Source: Geosiphon pyriformis uo1 (lineage: Eukaryota > Fungi > Glomeromycota). From it: a stretch of DNA of 64,000 nt. The DNA is taken from positions 238,703-302,702 of the forward strand of contig JAAOMT010000436.1 of assembly GCA_016748015.1 (NCBI GenBank). Reading direction: 5' to 3'. Shown here one piece after another: positions 38,301 through 53,000 of the stretch (position 1 is its first letter; each line of letters starts with the position of its first letter). Under the pieces are notes generated by a model. That model saw only the letters and a program-made list of their open reading frames with translations, did no database searches and was not told the DNA's origin. The position numbers and the translations under genes were made by a program.

Positions 38301-39145
38301 GAACCTCCAATAACTGAATTTATCTTCAAATTATCTTCTATAATTTGAACTTGCTGGGCTTATGAGTGGAATGGCCAATTCTATGCCAGTTGCTTTATGT
38401 AGTTACATTGTAGTAAACGTCAACTCTTTCCCAGGAATTGCTTGTCTGGAAGCTCACTAAAAATGTGTAGTTACTTTGCTGTGAAAGTCAACTCTTCTAC
38501 AGGAATCTTGTCTGTAGGCTACCCTAATGATTGTAATAAGAAAAGAAACAAAAAATAAAAGAAGTGTAAAAGAAATAAGATTTTATCAAGAGAAATGTTT
38601 TCTATCCAGACCTGGAGTCACTAACAGTTTACTGAAATTGGTAGCTAATCAATTTCGAAATGTTAGTTGGTTTTTGGGGATTTTTCAAGAACAATAATTA
38701 AAAAATTTGGTTTTTCAAATTATTTGGTATTTATTTCTTTTTGTGTGTATAGAAATGGTTCTAAGTGATAAATCTAAAGTAAGATACATTTTCTCGAAGA
38801 GAAAAGCTCTTCTTTTATACAACTTGTTATAACACTATTCTATGAACTTGAACTTTGCTATTTTCTACAATTTTGCTGAACTAAAGATACATTTCGGCGA
38901 ACTATTAGATATTTTGGTGAATTATTAATTATTTCGGCAAATTTCTACAAATTTTGGCAAACTTCTGAATATTACATAGTTTGGGGTATTGCATGATTGA
39001 TCATCGCAATTAGGTTACATTTGTGTTGTGTACAATTTGGGTTATTAATTAAATGATAATTTCAAACATTTTTGCTAATGTAATAAGTGATTATTTGATG
39101 ATAATATATGTTAATTAATGATAGGAATTATAAGATAATTTCATG

Positions 39146-39874
39146 CTAAATAATATCTCTAATTTCATCTGGTAACATAACCTCCTTCTTAAGACTGAGC
39201 TTTGTCAAAGTCCAAGTACTGTCTGTTATTTCCAAATAATAATCCAAAATTATTGAAGAAATTTGGTCTGAAAATTGTTGAAATTTTAGTTCTGTGAGCT
39301 TTTCAATATATTGAATCTTCAAAGGTTGAAAAATTGAGTTTTGCAGTACGTTTTTACAGGTGTGGAATAGGTCATAAAGTCTAAGAGCAGCTCTAAGCCT
39401 GTAGCGACTGTTTGTTGATCCAGCTGTTGTCTTGAATTTGTTGTGGAGTTGTTTCTGAATAGCTTCTTTTGTGAGGTTTGCTGTTGTAAGTTCTAGTTTC
39501 CATTCGTAGAGTGTTTTTTCAATGTGAAAATATCTATAGATTGGAGAATATTCAGTGTTTTCCTCATTAAGACACAGTTGAAGTTTTTGTTGAATTGTAG
39601 TATTTGGTGAAATACTAATCAGAGTGAGCATTAGGTTTTCTCTTAAAGCAAGCTTTAAAAGTTCTGGCAGGTAAATTCCAGTATAACTTCTTGTGTTCTT
39701 TTTATATGGGTGATATTTTTGTGAATTTGGGGCTAAATTTGTAACTACTTCTGTTTGAGTATAATTTATGTGGTTTCCAGTAACAGTAATAGATAATTTA
39801 GGTATTGTTTTTAAAGCTAACATTAGTTTTTGGAATAATTGTTGAATGTTTTGAGGAATAGTTATTATACGCAA
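39146..39874 (-). CDS. Gypsy-2 ORF3 (242 aa open), unknown function, env position
   Basis: Uninterrupted ORF between integrase and PPT, homologous to Gypsy-1 ORF3 (IxIPxNI, LxITV, YFHIEKTL, RLYDLF, IEKLTELKFQ). The start ATG has probably mutated to ATA. Confidence 0.8.
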   Translation of the reverse strand: MRIITIPQNIQQLFQKLMLALKTIPKLSITVTGNHINYTQTEVVTNLAPNSQKYHPYKKNTRSYTGIYLPELLKLALRENLMLTLISISPNTTIQQKLQLCLNEENTEYSPIYRYFHIEKTLYEWKLELTTANLTKEAIQKQLHNKFKTTAGSTNSRYRLRAALRLYDLFHTCKNVLQNSIFQPLKIQYIEKLTELKFQQFSDQISSIILDYYLEITDSTWTLTKLSLKKEVMLPDEIRDII

Positions 39875-39984
39875 TTGAAAAAAAAAATAAAAAATTATTT
39901 TTGGTGTATGGGTTTTTATGTTATTTTTGTTTTGTTTTTGTGAGATTGTTTCTAAATTATAAGAGAATAACTAGTAAAATTAAA

Positions 39985-41370
39985 TTAAGTGTTCAGTTCA
40001 GAAGGTTGTTCAATGACAATTATTGGTTCTAAGTTTCAGGGAATATCTTCGGGACTGACCAAAGGGGAATGTGTACCAATTTGTGGAATTAATGGTTCAG
40101 AATTGTTTCTAAAATGATAGTGTTTCAAATGATCTCCATGTGCAATTTTTGCTAGGATTTTGTCATCAAGTCTTAGCTTGTATGATCCGTTGTCTAGGAC
40201 TTCATGGATAAAGAATGGTCCATCCTATTTATTTTCAAATTTTCCACTCCATTGTTTTTCAGCTTTAGTTCTGTGTAAGAGAACTTTGTTTCCAATTTTA
40301 AATTCATTGGTGACTGAAGGTAATTTGTCATCATGCCATTTTTTTTGTTGAGCTTGGAAGTGTTCAATATGGGTGGCTGCTATTCGTCGTTTTCCTTTCA
40401 ATGTGCTAAGCAGAGTATAGGCTCTTCACTAAAGCATTTCTTGGAAATTGTTTTCATCAATCAGTTGTGCTGGGTATGTTTCCACTGTGAAACTAATTGG
40501 TAATGTTGTCATCCTTCCATAAGTTAAATCAAATGGTGTGTGTTTTGTGATATCTTGTTTTAATGTCCTATATGCTAGTAACACTGATGGAATAAAGAGA
40601 TCCTATTCTTGCTCAAAATCGGTTAAGACTTTGGCTAATGACTCACACAATGTTCTGTTAAAATGTTCTACAAGTCCATTTGTTTGTGGATAGTAGGGTG
40701 AAAACAGAGGTCTTTTGATATTGAATTGTTCATAAATTTCTTGTATTAGGTTGTTCACAAAGTGTGTTTCCTGATCAGATAAAAGTTCAATTGGACATCC
40801 GTGTCTACAAATGATGTCTTCATAGATGAAATTTGCTACTGATTTCACATCTGCTCATTGAATGGCTCTGGCTTCAGGCCATTTAGTAAGATAGTCTATA
40901 GCTACTACAATATAATGGTTTTCTTAAGTGGTAATAGATAGTGGTCTGACTAAATCGATACCAACTCTGTCAAAAGGCTGTCCAACTTTGATTGGATTTA
41001 AAGATTCTGTAGGGCGAGTTTCTCCTCTTCTTTGACAACTATCACAAGATTCAACATATTCGTGAATGTCTTTTCTCATTCGAGGCCAAAAGTAGTATTC
41101 TGGTGTTCTTTGGGTGGTGCTATCTTTTCCGAAGTGTGCTGATGAAGGATCTGAGTGCATGTTGTATAAAATGGTCTCTTTTTCCGGTTCTTGTATTAAT
41201 CTGAGTGGTTTGGTTGGGTTTTTGAAATTTCGATGATAGATAATGTTGTTGTGTAGAAAATATTGTTTGGCTTGTTGTTGTAACCAATGTTTTTTGTCTG
41301 GGGACCAATCTGTTGGGATTGTTAATGTCTCCAAATATTGTTTGAGATTGTTGTAGTTTTCGGGGTTTAT
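39985..41370 (-). pseudogene. Gypsy-2 integrase, separate ORF (ATG>ATA, (M)NPENYNNLKQYL)
   Basis: MH..AHFG..CDSCQRRG, DYLTKWPEA, QTNGLVEHFNRTL and GPFFIHEV motifs. Confidence 0.88.
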
Positions 41371-41420
41371 TGTTTGTTGTTTTGATGCTGTTAATTCAAA
41401 TGGGTGTTGATTTTTGTTTT

Positions 41421-44400
41421 TTAATCTTGCCTCATTCTTGAGAGACAATTAATGTTGGTGTGGAGTTTTCCTGGTTTGTGGTGTATGATGTATTGGTAAT
41501 TAGCTAAAAATCCTGTCCATCAGGTTTGTTTTGTGTTCAGCTGGGTGTTTTTGTTTTGAAGCCATTTAAGTTCAATATTATCAGTGATAATATCAAATTT
41601 TTTGGGTCTGAGGTAAAGGTTGAAGTGATGTAGGATCCAGATTACTGCTGCGGTTTCTAATTCTGTTACAGGGTAGTTCTTTTTGGCTGGCTTTAATGTT
41701 CTACTTGTATAAGCAATTACTCGCTCATTTCCATTGTCATCTAACTGTGATAGGATGGCACCAAAAGCAGTATAAGAAGCGTCAGTTGCTAACCGGAATT
41801 GGTTGCTAAAGTCTGAGTAGGCAAGAATTGGAGCTGTTGTGAGTTTTTTCTTAAGTATCTCGAAGGCATTTTGGTGTTCTTTTGTCTATTTGTATTTGAC
41901 ATTTTTAGTAGTGAGCTGGTTGAGAGGTTTTGCAATTTCTGAGAATTCTTTGATGAATTTTCAGTAATAGGATGTTAATCCAATAAATCTTCTTAATTCT
42001 GTGGTATTTTGTGGAGTCTTGAAGTTTTTGACAGTACTGATTTTTTTGGGGTCTGGTTTAATTCCATCTTTGCTAACAATGTGACCAAGAAAAGCTAAAC
42101 TTGTTTTTCTGAAGTAGCATTTTTCAATGTTTAGTTTCAATCCTGCTTTCCGTAATCGTTGAAAAACTTCTCGTAGGTGAATTAAATGTAGCTCGAAAGA
42201 TGGTAAATAAACATTAGTGTTATCAAGATAAACTACTACTGATTTCCAAAGGAGGCCTTTGTAAACAACATCCATGAGTCTTTGGAATGTTGCTGGTGCA
42301 TTGCATAATCCGAAAGGCATTACATTGAACTCGTAATTTCTTCCTTGAGTGGTGAATGCTGTTTTGGGGTGGTCTTTGGGATCCATAGCAACTTGTCAGT
42401 ATCCACTCTCTAAATCTAATATTGAAAAGTATTTGGACTTTCCAAGGACATCCAACATGTCATCAATTCGGAAAAGAGGGTAGACATCCCCAATAGTGAC
42501 ACTGTTGAGTTGTCGGTAATCAACACAAAATCGTATCTTTCCATTTTTCTTTTTAACTAGGACCACAGATGAGACCCATGGGCTTATTGATGGTTGAATA
42601 AGCCCATTGTTAAGCATCCGTTGTACTTCTTCTTGGATAAATTGGTGACTTTCTGGGGCGACTTGGTAGGCTTGTTGTCGCCTTAGTTTGGCATCTCCTG
42701 TATAGATTTGGTGTTGAACCAAATCAGTTCTTCCTAAGTCATTGTTGTTTTTGGTGAAGATGTCAGCAAATTCTGCAATTAGCTCTTTGAGCTGGGTCTG
42801 TTGTTGTGGTTCAAGTTGTCCCATGTTGATTCGAGATAGTTTTTTCATGACAATATGGTAGTTTTCAGAGCTAGGATTTGGGTTGATTTTTGGTAGTGAA
42901 TGTTCAATAATTTCAGGAAAATCAGGAACTGTTTGGGGTAATTCTTGTTAAAATATATTACTGTGAATAACTCCAATTTCTAAATTATTTAATAAAATTA
43001 TGGAGTAATTATTGGGGTTGTAAAAAGTAACTCGGACTTTCTTTGTTCCTTCTGGAATATAAATGTTTGGGATCGAAATATTATGTTCCAAGCAGACTTG
43101 TTCATTGGACTCAAAAATTTGTTGTGTGGTTGTTGGCTTTGTACAAGTGTAGATTTCCGGATGTTCTCCAAAGGGTAAGATGGTAATCGGTTGTGGAAGT
43201 CTGAGAATCTGGTGGGATTTGTTCTGTGTATTAAGAGCTATATTAACTGGAACTGTGAATCATCCAGTTGAACCAAAACCTTGAGTTCCTCTATCACTTT
43301 TTCCTAATTGTTTTCTTTGATTGACTAGTTGCAAACCCGAAATGTTAATTAAGGGTAGGTAAATAGCTTGGGCAATTTTTTCAGCATGTTTGATCTTAAA
43401 TGGTTTGTCAGTTTCATTTTGAAACATTACTGTTATGTTTCCAGTATATCCAGCATCAATTATTCCTCCTCTGACATTGATTCTTTTGCTTGCCAGAGAG
43501 GACCAGGAGGCAATTTGAACCATTGCTCCTGGTGGGATTTCGAGTGCAATTTTGAGGTTGATTTTTGTGAGAGATTTGGGTTTGAAAACAAGAGTATTCT
43601 TGCCTGGATATCTTAGGTCATATCCAGCATCAATTTCGTGTGCTTTTTCAGGTTTTATTCCTTGTCTGTTGTTGTTAAGGTATTTAAGTTGTAAGGCAGG
43701 CTGATTTTCAATAAGGTAGATGGGTGTTGTTTTAATTTCTTCCATTTCTTCAGGTTCTCCAAATTCAATTTTATTCTTATCATTTTCGCTGGGTAAAGAG
43801 ATACTAAGAGCATAGCATTCAGGACACCATTGTTCATCGCAAGGGATAATGCATTCTTCATATAGCCTAATGTTCATTTGCTCTAATCATTGAATTTAAG
43901 CTTCTTGGGTCGGGTAGGTGTGACTTGCAATTTGGTAGTAGACTTCTACTTTATCTTCGTAATCGAATCCAGCCAATTCCATAGTGTATTCAATATATTC
44001 TGCTTCCTTCATTTAACAAACATCTTCTTGGGTAGCTCCATTAATTAATGCCATTGCTAAGTCGAAAATCATCTCAGCATCATGAGAGTAGTGATAAAGT
44101 TTGTTGAGAGCACTGTTGTATGCTGCATTAAAGGGTGTTCCTCTTTTTACTTTTTCTGAAATTGATAAAGCATATTGGCAGGTCTGATTGCAGATGCCTC
44201 TTCTCATTGCTACATCAATCCAATTGCATTCTTCCAGTAGCATATCTCCACAAGTCAAACAAGAGGTGTTGTCCCATTTTTTACTTCTTTTTATTAGATG
44301 GCCCCATCGCTCTCTGTGACAAGTCTTGCAGTAATAACAAGTATGATTCTCATATTCTTCTTCAGGTGAAATGCAGACTCTCATTGACGATAGTTTCTTG

Positions 44401-47045
44401 TGGCAGTTCTTACATTTAAGGGGAATATAGGGGCGTTGTTTTCTTGGTTCAGGTTTTGAGTAAGGTATATTCCATTCAGAGGTTTCAAGTTTAGTGTGTG
44501 GGATAAAATGTTCTTGTTCTGTTTCATCAGCCCAGTTGGACATTGATCCAAGAGCCATGAATATTTCGATTATTGGTTTTTCTTCTTCTGGTTCAAATTC
44601 AAAAGCTGGGGCTTTTTCAGAGCATTTGTTGAATGTACCACAAATGGCAGGTATCCAGGCGTGTTGTCCTTGGTAGGAGATTGTTAACTCTTGTGTTTCC
44701 CAATTCAGATTAGCATTGGCTTTTTGAAGCCAATCATTTCCGACAAGAGCTTGGTACTGGGGTGCGTCCATTATAAGAACTTTAACTGGAATGGTGATTC
44801 CATCAAGAGTGAATGGAAAATTGTCAATTTTTCCTACTGGGGTCTTTTTTATGCCATCGGCAGTGACAATTACTGTTTGAGCTGGTTGGTCGACATTTTT
44901 TTTCAACTGTTGTATTAACTGGTAGGTAATAATGCTTCCGGCGAATTCACTGTCTAGGATTAAGCAAATTGGCTTTCCTTTTACTTCAGCTTCTGTGTAC
45001 ATTGCAGTGATGGCTTTTTGTTCATTAGCTGCTGCATTGCTAAGCAAGAATGGTGATTCATTTGCTTCAAATTCAAAAGGAAAAATATCAGAAAGATTGG
45101 CGTTTTCAGCAATTCGGGCTGGTGGAATAGTGGTGTGGTTATAAGAAGAGTTTCGTTGTTGTTGTGCTACAGCTCTACCTTCCGAGAGTGCAGTATGGTG
45201 AAAATCCTGTTCTTCTGGCATTGTTAAATAATTGGGTTGAGTGTGGTAATAATTGGGTCTTGGTTGAGTGGTATTTCGGGGAACCAATTGGTTGTTCGAA
45301 CTGATTCTACTGTTGTTTACTTGGTATCGGTTTTGTGGTGTAAATTGATTTTGTGTAATCAGTCTTTGAGCAGGTACTTAATAAAGTTGTGTGGGTGGTT
45401 GTTGGTATTGCTGTTGGATTGATTGTGGAGTGGGCTAATAATAGTTATTTTGGTATTGGGGTCTTGGTGAATAGTAAGCTGGTGGTGATGGTTGATAATA
45501 AGATTGCTGTGGTGGAGAATAATGTTGATTACCCCTATTTTGTTGGTCTCGTTGCAGCTTTCTGCAATCTCTTTTTCAGTGGCCAGAGATTCCACAGTAA
45601 TAACAATTCTGGGGCTGGTTATTGGAAAGTGGTGCAAAGTTATTTTGATTTCGTCTTTGGGGTGGTTAATATCTTTGGGGTTGTTGTTGTTGTTGATTGG
45701 TAAAATAATTTTTGACCTTCTTTGTAAGTTGGTCAATTTTTTCCTCAGCTGCTGAGCTGGTTTCTCCAATTGCCAAATTTACAAGTTTTGTACAATTGGC
45801 TTCTTCCATGGCCATTTCGTATCTTTTTACATGCTGTATGACAGAGTTTAAATCTTCTGGCGTGTGTGAGTGAACCTTTTTAATTAGTTTATCTTTTAGA
45901 CCAGCAATAAATTGATCCAAGATTTGAGCATTGAAATAATAATCGTTTGTCTCGAGTTGGTGAATCCGTTTGAGAAGTTTGTTGAATTTCCCAATATAAG
46001 TCATAACGGATTCGGAGAGTTCTTGTTTGATATTTCAAAAACAATTGCGAAGAGTGATGGAGGTATTATTGTTGGTGAACTGTTCAAGAAAGGCTGCTTT
46101 AAAAGCATTCCAATCATTGAATGAGGCGGCAAGGTTTTCAAACCATTCTCCTGCTGTTCCTTTAAGAAAGTAGGGAATTGTTCTTAACATTCTGGTAGTG
46201 TTCCATCCATTTGCATCTTCAGTTTTAGTAACTTGGTTGAGCCATTCTTGGGAACTGGTCTCAATATCTTCTCCATTGAATTCAGAGATTTTTGTGATGT
46301 ATGTTGTCATTTCATTTTCTTCATTTTTACTGTCTATTGGTTCTTCTTTGGTTATTTCAGAGTTGTTTTCTTTATTTGCTGCTGTCTCAGAGTGTTCACT
46401 TTGATTTTCAGCTAGAAAATCAAGGAGATTGGAACTAGTTTGAAGAGGTTCTTGTTGTCTAATGGGACTTCTGAGTGATGTAAAATCTTCTGGTCTTGCA
46501 AATCAATTCAAGAGTGAATTAGGTGTTTGTGCTTGTGCAAGTGAAGCTGGAAAATGTGTAATAGTAAGTGGAAGTTTTGAGCTGGTTCCTTGTTCAGGTG
46601 TTTGTAGATGTTTGAATGATATTTTAGGAGTATTGGGTGTTGTGTGAACAGGTTGGTTATCTTTTTGTCTTTTGTTGCTACTGGTTTCAGGTTCAGATTC
46701 GAGTTCAAAGGCAAATTGTGCATTTGCAGGATATTTTTCTTCACAGAATTGAATGATATTATAATCGAGTTCCTCAAAATAAGTAGCGCAAGCTTCAGCA
46801 CTAATGTTTTCTGATTCAGTGTTGGAATAGTGTAGTATGTTCTCAAGAAAATCTCTTTTAACTGTTGTAATGTTATAGTTCTCAAAGAGGTAGTCATTGA
46901 TTCGATTTTCGATGTATTGAAAAAGTGTTTTCTTGAAAGCTATGATTCTGTCGCGTATTTCAAATCATTGTTTGCAGTGTGTGTAAATCGATTGATAGTA
47001 CTCTAAGGTTGTGATGTCTGAGGCGGTCGCCACTTTGAATTTGTT
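41421..47045 (-). pseudogene. Gypsy-2 gag-PR-Cys-rich-dUTPase-RT-RNaseH polyprotein
   Basis: Capsid, LILDSEFAGS protease, dUTPase at about 43261-43660 (DAGYDL, SSLASK, IIDAGYTG, KIAQ, RGTQGFGSTG), RT and RNase H ending CLSRMRQD*. Confidence 0.92.
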
Positions 47046-50000
47046 GCTGTGTTATTTTTGTGGGAGAGCACCAAATGTTACTGGAGGTTTTTGGTCTTTT
47101 TTCTGTAATGTTCTTAATACTTATTTGCTGTGAATTCACATTTTTAGGAAGTAGTTGAACCTCCAATAACTGAATTTATCTTCAAATTATCTCCTATAAT
47201 TTGAACTTACTGGACTTATGAGTGGAATGGCCCGTACCAGTTGCTTTATGTAGTTATGTTGTAGTAAACGTCAACTCTTTCCTAAGAATTGCTCATCTGA
47301 AAGCTCACTAAAAATGTGTAGTTACTTTGCTGTAAAAGTCAACTCTTCTACAGGAATCTTGTCTGTAGGCTACCCTAATGATTGTAATAAAAAAAGAAAC
47401 GAAAAATAAAAGAAGTATAAAAGAAATAGGATTTTATCAAGGGAAATGTTTTCTATCCAGGCCTGGAGTCACTAACAGTTTACTGAAATTGGTAGCTAAT
47501 CAATTTCGAAATGTTAGTTGGTTTTTGGGGATTTTCCAAGGGCAATAATTAAAAAATTTGGTTTTTCAAATTATTTGGTATTTATTTCTTTTTGTGTGTG
47601 TAGAAATGGTTCTAAGTGATAAATCTAAAGTAAGATACATTTCCTCAAAGAGAGAAGCTTTTCTTTTATACAACTTGTTATAACACTATTCTATGAACTT
47701 GAACTTTGCTATTTTCTACAATTTTGCTGAACTAAAGATACATTTCGGCGAACTATTAGATATTTCAGTGAACTATCAATTATTTTGGCAAATTTCTACA
47801 AATTTCAGTGAACTTCTGAATGTTACATAGTTTGGGGTATTGCATGATTGATCATCGCAATTAGGTTACATTTGTGTTGTATACAATTTGGGTTATTAAT
47901 TAAATGATAATTTCGGACATTTTTGCTAATATAATAAGTGATCATTTGACGATAATATATGCTAATTAATGATAGGAATTATAAAATAATTTCATGCTAA
48001 ATAATATCTCTAATTTTGTCTGGTAACAATGTCTAACAATTAATGCTAAACAAAATTATTGGCCATATAAGAAAAAACATAATCTGAAATCTCAATACCA
48101 CCACAATACAAACATAACACACTAGGATAATGCTTATTATATAAGTATTTTTAAACAGCAATAGGCAGTTAATAGTACAAAGCTTTTATAAAGTATATAT
48201 AAGTATTAGCAGTATATTTACTAGTAAAACCAGTAGCCATATGCAAATCAGAATGCCACACTATAAATAAACCAAGCCAGTTGACATCTAAAAACAAACT
48301 ACTAATTAGAACTTTAAAACCAGAACCAACTTTCCAATGTGTACAATAAATAAACCAAAATATCTTATAAATAAAATATCTAAAGTTATCAGAAACAATA
48401 TTACTCTCAGCCATAATATAATAGTCTTTCAATTAAAGAGGAAGGTACCAAAAAGAAAAAAAAGCAGTGTCAGTAAATGCATCAATACATTTGTTACTTA
48501 AGACACCTGAATGATTCTTCACTTTGTACCAGCTAACATTTAACTTCTTTTCATAAATAACATTTACAATGTGCCAATGTTTAATCCAACACCAATTCTA
48601 AAATTTGAACACTCCAAATCCAACTCTGATTTGCATATATCTAAAGCAGCCTGATTGTCTGTAAAAAGGCAAACCAAATTAAGAAAGAAGACACACTTAA
48701 AAGCCAATGCAATAATCTACAATTCTGCCAAAGTAGAAGACATCAAACTAAACATTCTGACACCCAAACCCAAGTTTATGTCCTTAAAAAAACCATTACA
48801 CTAGTCTTTATGTTAACCTTCTCCAAGTTTTTCAAAGATCCATCTGTGTAGACTAAAAGACTATTAGCATCAACACCCAATAAGCAGTCACAAGCTATTT
48901 CAAATTTACAAGACTCAAAAATATTCAAAAAATCAATAGCATTTAGAAAAAGAGGGCATGTAGAAGAGAAATTCACACTATTAAAAAAGTTAACAGAAAG
49001 CTCAAACTATTTAGGAACAGGGCCATATGAGTCCAATCTCTTTCAATACTTGAAGATTTTCCAATTGAAATAGCACTATTTTTATTGTAAAGCTGGTTTA
49101 TAAAAGCAATATTATACTATTGAAAAAAAGAAAAAAACTTAAAAAATTTAGACTTGCCAAGAACAATTAACATGGAGATTCCACCATAATAACAAAAAAA
49201 ATTGTTTATAAGGTTACTTAAAGACAAATTACACTCAAAAAAAATTTGAATCATAGCTGTTAAAAAATTATTAGAAACACTGACCTTAATACAAACTGGA
49301 AAAACCAAAAGATAAAACAGATACCAAGACAGAACTTGCAAATCATGAGACTTGTATAAGAATAAATGACTTAAAATTTCAACAGAGTTTACAAAACATA
49401 CAACAAAAGCCACTTTGCTTTCAGCCTGAATTTGCTCAAAAGTCTTCAAACCATACAATAAAGAATGGTAGAATGCATTATTAGAAAAATCAAGAGACAG
49501 ACTGAACTTCAATTTTAAGCTTTTGCAAATTAAAGCATCCTATTTATTACATACACCAATAGGAACAAAGCTAAATTGCATTTTGTAGCTAACAATAAGC
49601 TGGAAAACTGCTAACACCAAATACAAAAACTGCTTATTAGAAATGGTCTTTCTTAAAAAAGATTGGCAAAAAACCAGATATCCAAATGTGTTTTAGCCAA
49701 GTTGTGTTTTAACAAACTCTCAATAGATAAAAAAATACCTAAATAGCAATAGAAATAAGTGAATTGCTGATTAATAAAAAAGAGCATTCAACTCTGTAAT
49801 TGATTGGAATGACCACTATTTTGTCATTATTAATAGAAATGTTATTGATCTAAAAAAAATTACTAGCAATATTGAGAATGTATTGGGTAGTAGTTTGGCT
49901 GTTACCAATCTAGATTATATTATTGGCAAAAGCACCAGCAGCAAGAAAAAATATTAGTCTGACTTGAGATTTTGAATGACCAATCTTGGCAATAAAATAA

Positions 50001-53000
50001 AAGTTTAACTTATACTCATATACACTTTCCTGTCTTTTGATCTCACACAAAAGAAGATCATAAAATATGCATCAAAGAAGGAGTAAAACCACCTTTTCTT
50101 AATCCAAACTATCATGCATTCAGTATTTACTCATCAATTCAAAGTCAGTTATAACTCTGTTGACACAATCATTGTAAATACTGCCAAAAAATTTAATAAA
50201 TTTGCCACACATCTTAATTCTAACCAGGCTTTTTTTAAAATATTCTTACCCAACTAAATCATAAGCCTTCTATATGTTTTGCAAAACTAGCCAGAATTTG
50301 CAGTTTTTCTCTAAAACATTCTTAATTACCAAATCAATAACAAAAATAGGAGATTGAATCATTGTATTTTTTAAAACTGAAAATTTGTTTTCACAAAAAA
50401 CATCAAAAGTGCTATATGTTAAAGATATTCTGTCAGAGAAGATTTTGAAAAGTAGTTTATAAGCAGTTTCAATCAAATTGATAGGTCAAATGTTTGTAAG
50501 TATGTTTTTCTACTTATATGGTTTGGAAATCATTGAGACCCAAGTTTTCTTTCAAACATTGGGCACTGATTTACAAAACAAACAAAAATTCAAAAGCACC
50601 AAAAGCATATTCAAAATCAAATTGTTACAATGTTTTCAAAGTTCATTCAAATACTAGAAAGACCAAATAGCTTTGTTATTAGACAGATTAGAAACTACAC
50701 TGAGCAATTCATTAAAACTAATTAGACATATTACACTAGAGAAAGCATCATCAAAAATGTATTCCAATAGTTAATACTAATAAGGCCAATTACTAAAGAT
50801 ATCTGTAACCACTTTATATTTTCTAATTCAGCCCTCCATAATCTTATCAACTTTGGTTTTGACCAGATCAGATTCCAGAATCAGTTTATCATCAACAATC
50901 AGATGGTTTAGTACCACTTTGTAAAAGAGATGCTTCAATACACTTCTGATAGTATGACTTTTGTTCACTTTAAAATCTTCCATTTTTTTATTAATTGCTG
51001 ACCTGATCTGAGATTTTTTAGTACACTCCAATTCCAACATCTTAGAAAATTGATAAAACTTTCTAGTTTTGGCCAAAACTGACTTAATAGCATCAAAATA
51101 AAACTCCAAAAAAAAAAAATTTCACCACAAAAGCATTAATAACATCAAGACCATTCTACATATTCAGTAATAACACAAACTTATCATAAGAAGCCAGACA
51201 AAAGGCTTTAACCATCTTAAACACCAAAAGTTCTAGCTTGTAAAATCTGGAAGATTCTTTAGTGAAGACATCATTATAGTCTTTAAACCATTTTTTCTTA
51301 AAAATATTATTAGCTAACAGACACAATGTCTTGTGAATAATATTCTATATTGCATCCAATCTGAAAATCTTTTAAACACAATAAACTTATTAAAAAACAT
51401 AGCAGCATTTGCCACTGTGGCTTCCTTAAACTTGGCTCATTTGATATTATTAACACTTTTAAAATTGAATTTTCAATGATCTTTATTTGTCTGTTTGCAA
51501 AAAGAATTCAATTTTACATTTAACAATTCACTCAAATTCACCAATACAAAAACTGTCTGATAATTAGTATTAAAGTGTTTACCAACATCTAAAACATCAC
51601 AACCTATCACTGCATTAATCAGATTTAAGAAAACAAACATGTAATCAATTGTTCTTTTAACACCTCTTGAATTCTTTCATGTAGGACTTTTTATAACCAA
51701 ACTTTTTGACAAAGAATTGACCAACCCCAAATCAAGACACTTCTTGAAATTAGTACACCTTTATAAGCTGTTCTTATTAAAATTTTTACTCAAGATAACA
51801 AAAGAAGATTTATTTACAGTTTTCACAATCAAAAAGTTGATCTTACCAGCTTGAAACAAATACACAGCCAGAGCAGCATCAGCATACAGTCTCAAAATTG
51901 AAACAGATAACTTATTTTTGAAAAACAGCTTAATAGACAAAAGCCTATTAGCAACCTCTAAAATTTTGTATACATGTTTTGCCAAACCAATGTTTATTAT
52001 AATTGCAACTTCAGAGCCCAGATAATCAAACTCCAAACCAGAAGTAAACACTCAAACACCATCAAACTTATCCATAATTCACAAACAAATCTTATTCCTC
52101 AATTTTGTTTCAATAATAAAAGAGACTAAATTGTTCATTTTTTTATGTCAATGAACAATATTTGCTTGCTTGGCAAGATTGTTTATACTCTTAATATTGT
52201 ACATAGCTATTTTCTAAATTAGATTAGTCATTGTTAAGAAAAGATGTTTGAATCTAATTCAAAGTTTTCCACTTTAGCCATCAAAATCCATAATTGTGTT
52301 TGACAAATTGTTCAAAGTTTCTTCTATTTTTGAAACAACTAAAAGATCAAAACTGTTACTTCCACAATAGTCTCAACACTAATAATCACATCTAAACTCT
52401 TATTTATTACTATATTTACCTCTTGATTTTGTAATGAAAGAATTATTAATAGCTGACATCCAAGACTAGACTGAGAAACCATTGGCCTGAATGAGTCCAA
52501 TTTTTTAGCCAGCTTGACCACTTGCTCTACAAAGCTATTAAAATTGTGCTGTTACTTATAGAATATAGAAATCATAATAGTATATATATTAGCCAATCAG
52601 AAGTAGATATAGTAAAATATGAAATTTCAGAATTCTTTTTAGAGGAATTACAGGATTCCAAGAATTACAGAATTCTCATATGAGGAATCACAGGATTCCA
52701 GAATTCCAGGATTTCTCTTAAGGAATTATAGGATTTTAGAAATTTTAGAATTCCTGATAGGAAGAATTAAAGAATTGAGAAATCTCAAATATGTATATAT
52801 AGCAGTAGTATTAAAAGTAAAAAAAACAGATTTCTTAGTTTGCACTTCCCTTTTTATCTATTTTCTAATTGCTTCAAGAATAGTTTATATCTGCTAAAGT
52901 AAAATCATTAAAGTATCAATAAAAATACTTATCTATATTCAATTCATGCTGTTATTATTTGATTAAGAAATATTTATTAAACTCTAACTATTAATACTTT

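Larger units (their letters stand above)
38220..48028 (-). mobile_element. Gypsy-2: full-length Ty3/Gypsy element with dUTPase, separate integrase ORF and ORF3
   Basis: LTRs 47076-48028 and 38220-39177, TSD ATGT, PBS TGGTGCTCTCCCAC, PPT at 39178-39193. Its LTR is unrelated to that of Gypsy-1. Confidence 0.95.
37628..52549 (-). mobile_element. LINE C: older and more eroded; interrupted by Gypsy-2, and at 52550 by element D (5' part beyond window)
   Basis: 3' UTR and poly-A at 37628-37760. RNase H (VYTDGS), RT and APE remnants 48029-52231; ORF1 end 52228-52549. Confidence 0.88.

Noticed and set aside
39146-39874. ORF3 as a true env glycoprotein
   Set aside because: No signal peptide, transmembrane helix or furin/fusion peptide is visible.
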